A stretch of 64,000 nt of DNA, from NCBI GenBank assembly GCA_026129685.1, contig JAHCHO010000003.1, positions 235,256 through 299,255 of the forward strand, written 5' to 3'. A program made the position numbers and the translations under genes. This document shows positions 56,869 to 64,000 of this stretch, one piece after another. This stretch comes from Fimbriimonadaceae bacterium (lineage in GTDB: Bacteria; Armatimonadota; Fimbriimonadia; Fimbriimonadales; Fimbriimonadaceae). The notes below the pieces were generated by a model, which ran no database searches, was not told where the DNA came from, and saw nothing but the letters and a program-made list of their open reading frames with translations. Position 1 is the first letter of the stretch; each line of letters starts with the position of its first letter.

Positions 56869-57560
56869 TCCTCGCCGCCCTCGGGCTCTGCCTTGTCGCC
56901 CAGGCCGCCCCGCGCGAGCGGCTGGCCCCGCGCGTCGAGGCCAACCTCGTCTGGGGCGGCGAACTGCGTTTGGAGTACACCGATCCTGCCACCAAGTTCT
57001 CCGAGGTCGTCCGCGAGACCCTCGACTGGAAGGTGATCGCGTCCGACAAAGCCGGTTGGCGCGTGCGTTTGACCCGCTCGCTCCTCGAGACGATCTCCGA
57101 CGGCGTGAGAATCCCTGCCCTCAAGGGCGAGAAGCCGACGGTGGTCGAGTGGACCCTCCTCCCGAGCGGCGCCTTCGAGGCTCGGCCGAGCGCCGTGGAA
57201 CCCGCCGACGTCCTCCGCGTCGATCGCCTTCTCTCCGTCGGCCTTCCGAACCGTGACCTTTCCAAGGGAGACCGCTGGACGATCCGGCACGCCCGCTTCG
57301 GTCAGGACCTGCTTCCCGAGGCGCGGGTGGATTGGCGCTACGACGGCCTCGAAACGACCGAGAACCGGACCTTGGCCCGCCTGAGTTTCGGCTTTGCCGA
57401 AACGGGCGCGAGCCGCCCCATCACCGCCAACGGCCTCGCCTGGGTGGATCTTCGCGACGGCCTCCCAAACCGCATCGAGGCGACGGCGGAAAACGCGCGC
57501 CTTCCCGGCGGCGAAGACGCTGCCCTGACGCTGAGGTTGGAGTACCGCCGTACCAAGTAG
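56865..57560 (+). CDS. hypothetical secreted protein
   Basis: ATGA overlap with the preceding gene. Signal peptide 'MILAALGLCLVAQAAP'. 231 aa, with no family recognised. Confidence 0.55.
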   Translation: MILAALGLCLVAQAAPRERLAPRVEANLVWGGELRLEYTDPATKFSEVVRETLDWKVIASDKAGWRVRLTRSLLETISDGVRIPALKGEKPTVVEWTLLPSGAFEARPSAVEPADVLRVDRLLSVGLPNRDLSKGDRWTIRHARFGQDLLPEARVDWRYDGLETTENRTLARLSFGFAETGASRPITANGLAWVDLRDGLPNRIEATAENARLPGGEDAALTLRLEYRRTK

Positions 57561-57564
57561 TCGC

Positions 57565-57771
57565 CTATTCCGGGATGTCCCGGGGATCGACCGCGCCGGC
57601 AGACTGAGTCTCTTCCTGAATCTGGTTGAAGATCTCCTTCCGGTGAACCGCCACGTTCCTTGGCGCGCGGATTCCGAGCCGCACCTGTTCGCCACGAACC
57701 TCGAGGATCACGACCTCGATTTCGTCGCCGATGATGATGCTTTGGTGCACCTTTCGCGTCAGAACCAGCAT
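57565..57771 (-). CDS. csrA: carbon storage regulator CsrA
   Basis: '[47 protein letters not shown]'. Confidence 0.93.
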   Translation of the reverse strand: MLVLTRKVHQSIIIGDEIEVVILEVRGEQVRLGIRAPRNVAVHRKEIFNQIQEETQSAGAVDPRDIPE

Positions 57772-57815
57772 TTCCGCACCGCCTTCCGTGGCCTTGGCGC
57801 TTTCAGGATTCTACG

Positions 57816-58280
57816 TCATGCGGCTTGAGCGGCCGCGACCTCGCTTCCTGGGGTCGCCTTCTGGAACACCCGGTGCCGAATAGTATACGCAGACTCGTCG
57901 AGCGTTACCTGCTTTGCCGTCCGCGTCCGTAGATTCACGAGGATCGGCGCGAACAAGTTGAGCACCATCCCGTCCGGACGCCCCGGCGGGATGTTCGCCG
58001 TCGTGAGCACGAGACAGGTCCCCTCCTCGTCCAGCCCCATCTCCTTGACGAGGTTCTCCGGCACGTCCGGCGCGTAGTCCTCGACGTAGCTCCAAGGGTC
58101 GCACGTGAGAAACGCCACCGTGGGTTCGTCCAGCGACTGCAACCAGCGAAAGGCGCTCCCGGGCTTGTGCTCGATCACCAGGAATCGCCGCAGATTCGGG
58201 AACCCGAGCAGTCCCTTGCCGAAGGTGATCGGATCACCCGGCTCGTAGTCGATCTCGCCGAAACGCGTGGTTACCGTCAT
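57816..58280 (-). CDS. fliW: flagellar assembly factor FliW
   Basis: 'ITFGKGLLGFPNLRRFLVIE' and 'FRWLQSLDEPTVAFLTCDPW'. It lies directly upstream of csrA. Confidence 0.92.
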   Translation of the reverse strand: MTVTTRFGEIDYEPGDPITFGKGLLGFPNLRRFLVIEHKPGSAFRWLQSLDEPTVAFLTCDPWSYVEDYAPDVPENLVKEMGLDEEGTCLVLTTANIPPGRPDGMVLNLFAPILVNLRTRTAKQVTLDESAYTIRHRVFQKATPGSEVAAAQAA

Positions 58281-58288
58281 CGTTTCCC

Positions 58289-59173
58289 CTAACCCGTCAG
58301 AAAGTCCATCAGCCCCATCGTCAGCGTTCGGCTCGTCACTTGAAGCGCCGCCGTGTAGGCGAGTTCTGCCGCCTGGTAGTCGGTGATCGCCTGGCTCAGG
58401 TCCACGTCCTCCCCGTCCGAGATCGCCTTCGTGAAGTCGTCGATCCGCCGTTGGTGGTTCGCCGACATCGCCTCGAGGTTCTGAATCCGCGACCCAACCT
58501 CGCCCCGCACCTGCGTGATCCGCCGCATCTGGGATTGCGCCGCCGCGACCCCCTCCTCCCCCAACTTCGTGGCGTCGCCGCTGCGCAACGCGTCCTCGAT
58601 CGTTTTGAGGGCCGCGAACGCCTCGCCGAACAGGCTTTCGCCGGGAACGTTCGCCGCGATCGTCTCGCCCGCCTCCGCCTCGACGAGCACTTGCCCGCCG
58701 TCGCCGTGATAGACGGGCGCGCCATCGTTCAGGGAGAAGGGCTTGGTATCGGTCGCCCTGCCCGCGAACAAGAACTGACCGTTCGCTCCTTTCGAGTTCG
58801 CCACGTCGAGAAGCCGTTTGCGCAAGCCCTCGACCTCGGACACCATGCCGTCCCGCGAGGTCTGGTCGGCCGTGCCGTTCGAGCCCTTCACCGCCAGTTC
58901 GTAGGCCCGCCGCAGGATCGCGTTGGCCTCGTCCAGGGCCGAGTCGGTCCGTTTGAGGTCACGGTTCGCCCCTTCGATGTTCGCCATGTACCGCTCGGCG
59001 CTGGAGACCGCTTTGCGAAGCGTAAGGCCCCGGCCCGCCGTCGCGGCGTCGTCGCTCATAGTGGCGACGCGCTTCCCCGAGGTCACCCGCGACTGGGCCT
59101 CGAACAGCGAGGTCTGCGTTCGCGAGATGCGATCGTTCTGAACCCCGAATTGATAGCCGGTGGATATTCTCAC
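58289..59173 (-). CDS. flgL: flagellar hook-associated protein 3 (FlgL)
   Basis: Flagellin-like N-terminus 'MRISTGYQFGVQNDRISRTQTSLFEAQSRVTSGKRV' and C-terminus 'AYTAALQVTSRTLTMGLMDFL'. Confidence 0.85.
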   Translation of the reverse strand: MRISTGYQFGVQNDRISRTQTSLFEAQSRVTSGKRVATMSDDAATAGRGLTLRKAVSSAERYMANIEGANRDLKRTDSALDEANAILRRAYELAVKGSNGTADQTSRDGMVSEVEGLRKRLLDVANSKGANGQFLFAGRATDTKPFSLNDGAPVYHGDGGQVLVEAEAGETIAANVPGESLFGEAFAALKTIEDALRSGDATKLGEEGVAAAQSQMRRITQVRGEVGSRIQNLEAMSANHQRRIDDFTKAISDGEDVDLSQAITDYQAAELAYTAALQVTSRTLTMGLMDFLTG

Positions 59174-59180
59174 GCCTCGG

Positions 59181-60545
59181 TTACCTCAACAAACCTAGTA
59201 AATCTTCGGTCATCCGGTCGAATTGGGAGAGGGTCCGCGCGGCCGCTTGGTAGCTCCTTTGGAGCTGCAGCATATTGGCCATCTCCTCATCGAGCGAAAC
59301 TCCGCTGATCGACTGCTTCTGCGCGTCGATCTGGTCCAGAACCGCCCGGCGCGTTTCGAGTTCGTCGCCCGCCGAAGCCGTCTCCGCACCGATTCGGGTC
59401 GCCACGCTTGTGTAAAACGCCTCGATCGTCCGTCCGCCCAGCCCGGGCAGGGGCAGATCTCGCAACCCCGCGATCGCCCGCGCGAGATCGCCGTCGCCCG
59501 CCACTCCGCTGGTTCCCGCCGCGATCCGGTTCGGATCGGCCGCGACCTCCGATGCGAGGTTGAAGTCGGCCGCGCTTGTGCCCGAGAACAGGTCGAGGCC
59601 CGTTGAACCGTCCGGAGCGACCCCGGTCCGATGAAGGGTGTTCACTTGGTCGCGGATCGCATCCGCCACCGCATCGAGGTCGGCCCGGTACCGCCGGACG
59701 CCTTGGAGCGCCTCCAGCGTTCCGCCGATGCGACCGCCCGTCACGCGAACCTGGTTCGCACCGGAGCCAAAAGTGCCCGTCGCGGCGTCGAAGGCTGTCG
59801 GGATCCCGTGCGCTCCGCCTTCGTCCACCAAGGCGAACCCACCGATGAAGACCCGCATTCCGCCCGTCTCGGTCCGTACCGCCTCCGCGTTGACAAGCCC
59901 GCTCAGCTCCTCAAACGCCGAATCGCGCAGGTCGAGAAGGTCGTTCGGCGACGCGCCCGCGGCGGTCTTCTCCGCGATCTGGTCGTTGAGCGAGGCGATC
60001 GTCGCCGACAAGTCGTTCACCCGCGCCGCGTAAGCGTTCGTCTGGGAGACGAGTTGCGCGTCCACGCTCGAAGAGTCGCCCGCCGCCCCCCGAACCCTCT
60101 GGGCGAGCAGTTTCGCCGCCTGCTGCGCCTCGACCCGCGCCGCCGGATCGCTCGGGTTCGAGGATAGACCCGAAAACGCGTCGAAGAAACGGTTGAGCGC
60201 CGCCGAGACCCCGTTGTTGCCCGGCTCGTTCAGCACGCCCTCCAACTGCTGAAGGCCCGCCGCGAGGCTGTTCATCCGTCCGAAGTCGGCGCTCGCACCC
60301 GCCCGCCGCCCGTCCAGGAAGAGGTCCCGAATCCGGTTGACCGACGTGATCGTGACGCCGCTCCCCAAGGACTGGAGTCCACGCGCGAAGAAGGTCGTCG
60401 GGTCCTCGGTCCCGAAATCCACCGTCTGCCGCGTGTAGTTGCGGTTGTTGACGTTGGCGATGTTGTGGCCCGTCACGTCCAGCGCCCGCTGGATGTTCCT
60501 CAAGGCGCTGTTGGCGATTCCGATTCCGTGAAAGCTGCCCGGCAT
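59181..60545 (-). CDS. flgK: flagellar hook-associated protein 1 (FlgK)
   Basis: 'GIGIANSALRNIQRALDVTGHNIANVNNRNYTRQ' and C-terminal 'SGVSLDEEMANMLQLQRSYQAAAR'. Confidence 0.9.
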   Translation of the reverse strand: MPGSFHGIGIANSALRNIQRALDVTGHNIANVNNRNYTRQTVDFGTEDPTTFFARGLQSLGSGVTITSVNRIRDLFLDGRRAGASADFGRMNSLAAGLQQLEGVLNEPGNNGVSAALNRFFDAFSGLSSNPSDPAARVEAQQAAKLLAQRVRGAAGDSSSVDAQLVSQTNAYAARVNDLSATIASLNDQIAEKTAAGASPNDLLDLRDSAFEELSGLVNAEAVRTETGGMRVFIGGFALVDEGGAHGIPTAFDAATGTFGSGANQVRVTGGRIGGTLEALQGVRRYRADLDAVADAIRDQVNTLHRTGVAPDGSTGLDLFSGTSAADFNLASEVAADPNRIAAGTSGVAGDGDLARAIAGLRDLPLPGLGGRTIEAFYTSVATRIGAETASAGDELETRRAVLDQIDAQKQSISGVSLDEEMANMLQLQRSYQAAARTLSQFDRMTEDLLGLLR

Positions 60546-60555
60546 GGTGCGTCTC

Positions 60556-61029
60556 CTAAGCCGCCTGGTCCATCAGGACGCTGGACGTCGCCGATCCGCC
60601 CCGGTACGGTCCCTTCGGTTCGACCGCCGCCTTCGCGATCAGGGTCAGGGTCCCGTTGATGTAGGTCAACTCGTTTTCGATGAGCGCGCGGTTCTTGCGC
60701 ATCAGCCGCTGAACCTCGCGCGAAGCGACGATGATCCGATTCGCGAGCGCCTGCAGTTGAGATCCCTCGTCCTTTCCCAGCGCCGCCGTCATCTCGCGCA
60801 GGGTCGCCGCCGTGCCAAGGTCCCGGCACAGCTTCTGCGCACAGGCGAGGGCCCGATCGTCCAGGTCCTGCATCCGGGTCAGCATCGTGTCCAGGTTCGG
60901 CTGAACCCGCTCCATCCGCACCGGGTCGCGCAGGGTCAGAGCGACCGTCTGTTCGTGGAGCGAACGGGTGACACGCTCCGAACATGCCAGCCAGTCCCAC
61001 CACAGCGCCTGAAGTTCGCGCGATTTCAT
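60556..61029 (-). CDS. flgN: FlgN-like flagellar export chaperone
   Basis: 157-aa helical protein immediately upstream of flgK. The call rests mainly on position and composition. Confidence 0.55.
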   Translation of the reverse strand: MKSRELQALWWDWLACSERVTRSLHEQTVALTLRDPVRMERVQPNLDTMLTRMQDLDDRALACAQKLCRDLGTAATLREMTAALGKDEGSQLQALANRIIVASREVQRLMRKNRALIENELTYINGTLTLIAKAAVEPKGPYRGGSATSSVLMDQAA

Positions 61030-61370
61030 CCTATGTTCGTCTCCTTGTCGGTCTTGCCCGGGCGCGTCCGTCCCGCCAGCAATTCCAGCTCCTCGCCCAA
61101 GACCCGCGGGCCCATCTTCCGCAGCATCACTTGCGAGATGCCGAGGTTCGTCGATTTGCTCAGCTCGTCCGCCACCGCCTGATCGAACAGCGACTCGTAC
61201 TGCGCCCCGCCCAGACCTTTCGAGACCGAAACGCCCATCGACTTGCGCATCGTCGTCATCAGGTCCTTCAGGAACATCGCCTCGACCTGCCGAGCGGACT
61301 CCTTCAGTTTCAGGTAGCGGGGAGCGGCCTGGGCCGCCGCCTCGAGAACGTGGGTGGGGACGAGTCTCAT
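61026..61370 (-). CDS. flgJ: flagellar rod-binding protein (FlgJ N-terminal domain only)
   Basis: 'ARQVEAMFLKDLMTTMRKS ... YESLFDQAVADELSK' is the Rod_binding motif. There is no muramidase domain. Confidence 0.75.
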   Translation of the reverse strand: MRLVPTHVLEAAAQAAPRYLKLKESARQVEAMFLKDLMTTMRKSMGVSVSKGLGGAQYESLFDQAVADELSKSTNLGISQVMLRKMGPRVLGEELELLAGRTRPGKTDKETNIG

Positions 61371-61372
61371 CG

Positions 61373-62557
61373 TTACTGCACCTTGATCCTTGCCTTGAGG
61401 GCGCCGTTGGCGGACAAGGCCTGGAGAATCGCGATCAGATCGCGGGGGGTCACGTCGAGCGCCTGCAACAACCGCGCGAGATCGGCGACCGTCGTGGTCG
61501 GTCCGAGAAGTCCGATCTGCGCTTTCGTCTCTTGCGCTTGCACCGTCGTGACGTCGGTCACCACCGTCTCGCCTTTGGAGAAGGGGGGCGGCTGGCTGAC
61601 GATCGGGTCTTTGTCGATCCGAATCTGCAAACTGCCGTGGGCGATCACCGCCGGCCCGAGCCGCACGTTCCCGCCGAAGGCGATCGTGCCCGTCCGCTCG
61701 TTCACCACCACGACGGCGGCGGTGTCGCTGAACACCCGGATTTCCTCCAGTTCGCTCATCGCCAGCATCTCCGGCACGTCGGTGGGCAAGGACACCTGCA
61801 CCTCGCCGCCGTTCAGCGCTTGCGGCAGGTATCCCGGTCGTTTCTTGGCGATCGCGTCCGCCACCCGCTGTGCGGTCGTGATGTCGAACTGATCGAGTTG
61901 GAGGACGATCTTGCCGTCGAACACCACCTTCGTCGGAACGGTGTTCTCGACCAGCGCCCCGTCCGGCACGATGCCGACGTTCACGTGGTTCTTCTGCGCC
62001 TTGTTCCCGCCGCTCGAAACGTTGAAACCGCCGATCGAGACCGCCCCCTGGGCCACCGCGTACGTCTTCCCGTCCGCCCCCTGGAGTTCCGCTTGCAGCA
62101 GGAACCCGCCCTGGAGGCTCTTCGCGTCGCCGATGGACTGCACCGTTACGTCGATCGCGCTTCCCGGCGTGGCGAACGGGGGAAGTTCCGCCGTCATCGC
62201 GACCGTCGCAACGTTCTTCGGGTTGAGCTTCGAGGGGTCGATCGTCACCCCGAATTGGCGCATCGCGTTGTTCAGCAGGGCGGAGGTGAACGGCGTGCTG
62301 CGCGTGTCGCCCGTCCCCTCGAGTCCCACCACGAGGCCGAACCCCCGCAACTGATTGGGTCGAACCCCCTTGAACCGAGCGATGTCCTTTAGGCGTACCT
62401 CGACCCCGTCCCGCTCGGCGTCGATCGCCGACTGCCGCTGGGCCGCGACCTCCGCGCGCCGGGCGGCGTCCGACGCGTCCGGCTTGGCCTGTTTCGTGGG
62501 CGCGAGCGCGCCGGCGGCGAGTGCGATGGAGACGATGTGGGCGAGAGCTCCGTTCAT
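61373..62557 (-). CDS. flgI: flagellar P-ring protein FlgI
   Basis: 'RLKDIARFKGVRPNQLRGFGLVVGLEGTGD' and 'VARLLQALDVTPRDLIAILQAL'. Confidence 0.93.
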   Translation of the reverse strand: MNGALAHIVSIALAAGALAPTKQAKPDASDAARRAEVAAQRQSAIDAERDGVEVRLKDIARFKGVRPNQLRGFGLVVGLEGTGDTRSTPFTSALLNNAMRQFGVTIDPSKLNPKNVATVAMTAELPPFATPGSAIDVTVQSIGDAKSLQGGFLLQAELQGADGKTYAVAQGAVSIGGFNVSSGGNKAQKNHVNVGIVPDGALVENTVPTKVVFDGKIVLQLDQFDITTAQRVADAIAKKRPGYLPQALNGGEVQVSLPTDVPEMLAMSELEEIRVFSDTAAVVVVNERTGTIAFGGNVRLGPAVIAHGSLQIRIDKDPIVSQPPPFSKGETVVTDVTTVQAQETKAQIGLLGPTTTVADLARLLQALDVTPRDLIAILQALSANGALKARIKVQ

Positions 62558-62564
62558 GGGTTCC

Positions 62565-63167
62565 TCAGAACAGCCAGTCCAAAATGCGGGTCAGGATGCC
62601 TTTGCGCTGCCGGTCGCTGACCGGACCCTTGCCGAAGGCATAGATCTGGGCGTTCGCGATGAGTTCGCTCTTGACCGTGTTGTCGGTTCCGATGTCGTCG
62701 CGGCGAATCAAGCCCGAAAGCCGAAACTCCTGGCTTTCCTTGTTGACGGTGATCGTGCGCTTTCCTTCGATCCGCATCGTCCCGTTCGGGAAGACCTCCG
62801 CCACCGTCGCGGACAGGCGCGTCGTCAGCCGCCCGCTTTGCGTCGTCGAGCCCTGGCCGTTGTTCGTGGACTTGCCGCCCGTGGTCCAGCCCTTCAAGAG
62901 CGACTCGAGCCAAGGACCCATCGCCTTCGCGATAATGTTGTCCTCCTCCTTCGAGGTGACCGTGCTCGCCGCAAAACTGAAGTTGGAGACCTCGCTGATG
63001 AGGATCGTCACGACGTCGCCCACCGCGGCCGCCGTCCGGTCCTTCCAGGGGTTCTTCGCCCCCGCCGTCCACAGGGATCCCGGATTGTCGCCCGAGGACT
63101 GCCCAACGGCGGGCAGGACGGCCAGCGTCAACGCGAGTACCGCGCAGAGGTTCGAGAGTCGTTTCAT
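62565..63167 (-). CDS. flgH: flagellar L-ring protein FlgH
   Basis: ATG at 63167 (ATGA overlap with the flgA stop). 'GSLWTAG', 'VGDVVTILISE', 'NGTMRIEGKRTITVNKESQEFRLSGLIRRDDI'. Confidence 0.9.
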   Translation of the reverse strand: MKRLSNLCAVLALTLAVLPAVGQSSGDNPGSLWTAGAKNPWKDRTAAAVGDVVTILISEVSNFSFAASTVTSKEEDNIIAKAMGPWLESLLKGWTTGGKSTNNGQGSTTQSGRLTTRLSATVAEVFPNGTMRIEGKRTITVNKESQEFRLSGLIRRDDIGTDNTVKSELIANAQIYAFGKGPVSDRQRKGILTRILDWLF

Positions 63168-63904
63168 AGCGTCACCTCGACGACGCCGCGCGCGACCACC
63201 CGCCCACGGTGCGTCTTGCCGGTTTCGAGTCGGACGGTCGCCTCGCCCCCCAGAAGAGCGTCGTGGGTGGCCTTGGCCGCACACGTCACCCTTGCTCCCG
63301 CCGACCTGAGCACCAGTTGGACCGGATCGCCCGACCGCACCCCAATCGCCGCGAGCGCCGGTTCATAGCGCAACGATCGCACTCCGATCCGGTTCGTGCC
63401 GTGCCATACCGCGATCGTCACGGTGTAGGCGAGGCCCGTAACCGCAACCTGCGTCTCCATCCGCAAGTCGCCCGTAGGCGCTTCCAGTTCGGCCGGTGGC
63501 GATTCGAGCAGGAGCGACTCCAAGGGCGCGCCCTGAGAGGCAAGCGCCTTCTTTGCCTCCTCCGTGATCGCGCTCTGGGTCAGCATCTGCGATGTCCGCC
63601 GGACCGTCGCGTAAGAACCCATCTTGATCGTGAGCCGCTTCGGGTCCACCCCGGCCGCCCGTACCTTCTGTTCGATCCCGATGCGAGAGATCGTCGCCCG
63701 CGTTCGGAAGGGCGGCGTGGCAATCAGTTCGACGTCGCGCAACTTGGCGGCAAGCGCCGGATCGCCCTCGATCGTCGCGATCCTTCCCAGCGTGACCGGC
63801 CCGTCGTCGCTCGCGAAGTCGTCCCGAACCGTCACCGTGGCGGTCGCCGAAGGCTTGGGCGCAGGATCGGTGGCGAGAGCGGCCGGCGCGACCGACTTGG
63901 CCAC
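63164..63904 (-). CDS. flgA: flagellar P-ring assembly chaperone FlgA; 5' end uncertain
   Basis: SAF-like 'VTLGRIATIEG' and C-terminal 'GDPVQLVLRSAGARVTCAAKATHDALLGGEATVRLETGKTHRGRVVARGVVEV'. The frame stays open upstream of the GTG at 63904 to the window edge, and no signal peptide is visible. Confidence 0.7.
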   Translation of the reverse strand: MAKSVAPAALATDPAPKPSATATVTVRDDFASDDGPVTLGRIATIEGDPALAAKLRDVELIATPPFRTRATISRIGIEQKVRAAGVDPKRLTIKMGSYATVRRTSQMLTQSAITEEAKKALASQGAPLESLLLESPPAELEAPTGDLRMETQVAVTGLAYTVTIAVWHGTNRIGVRSLRYEPALAAIGVRSGDPVQLVLRSAGARVTCAAKATHDALLGGEATVRLETGKTHRGRVVARGVVEVTL

Positions 63905-64000
63905 CCCCGAAACGACGCGACCCGCACCGCCCTCGCCCGGGTAGGCGAGCGTCGGCCGGTCCTGGAAAGCCCATACGTCCCCCTGGCGGGTCTTGACCGA

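Overview
This is a 64-kb, very GC-rich, gene-dense chromosomal segment from a diderm bacterium. It carries PEP-CTERM proteins, a DUF1559 pseudopilin, and flagellar P/L-ring genes with a FliW-CsrA module. That combination fits Armatimonadota- or PVC-like lineages, but the taxon is inference only. I support about 60 CDS, one tRNA, one CRISPR array and several promoters and terminators.

Most of the content is housekeeping or envelope related:
- **Metabolism and ion transport:** kynureninase, peroxiredoxin, a membrane H+-pyrophosphatase, a CPA2 antiporter, ferredoxin-NADP reductase, an MTAP-like phosphorylase, GH2 beta-galactosidase, RhaA and pyruvate kinase.
- **One tightly overlapping minus-strand operon:** DUF360/YvcK/gmk/coaBC.
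- **Polysaccharide genes:** a module of Wzx, an N-acetyl-sugar amidotransferase and HisH/HisF paralogues, plus a separate block with a DegT aminotransferase, a PEP-CTERM protein, Wzy_C and Wzz.
- **Flagellar block:** flgA-H-I-J(rod-binding)-N-K-L-fliW-csrA.

The items most worth a second look are:
1. A stand-alone 10+1-repeat CRISPR array (23399-24204) with no cas gene anywhere in the window. It has its own sigma70-type promoter, an unusual leader containing a small-RNA-like unit, and an ECF sigma/anti-sigma pair immediately downstream.
2. A tRNA-Sec (selC) at 41266-41360 that gene callers easily miss. A MazEF module abuts its 3' end.
3. An H+-PPase carrying a roughly 255-aa hydrophilic insertion plus terminal extensions.
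4. A lipoprotein that fuses four Ig-like repeats to an ice-binding (DUF3494) domain.
5. A secreted protein with 13 'G-x-D-x-Y' solenoid-like repeats.
6. An orphan C5-cytosine methyltransferase and a nucleotidyltransferase two-gene module.

No integrase, transposase, rRNA or prophage was seen. All calls come from reading the sequence and the ORF track. No database search was run.
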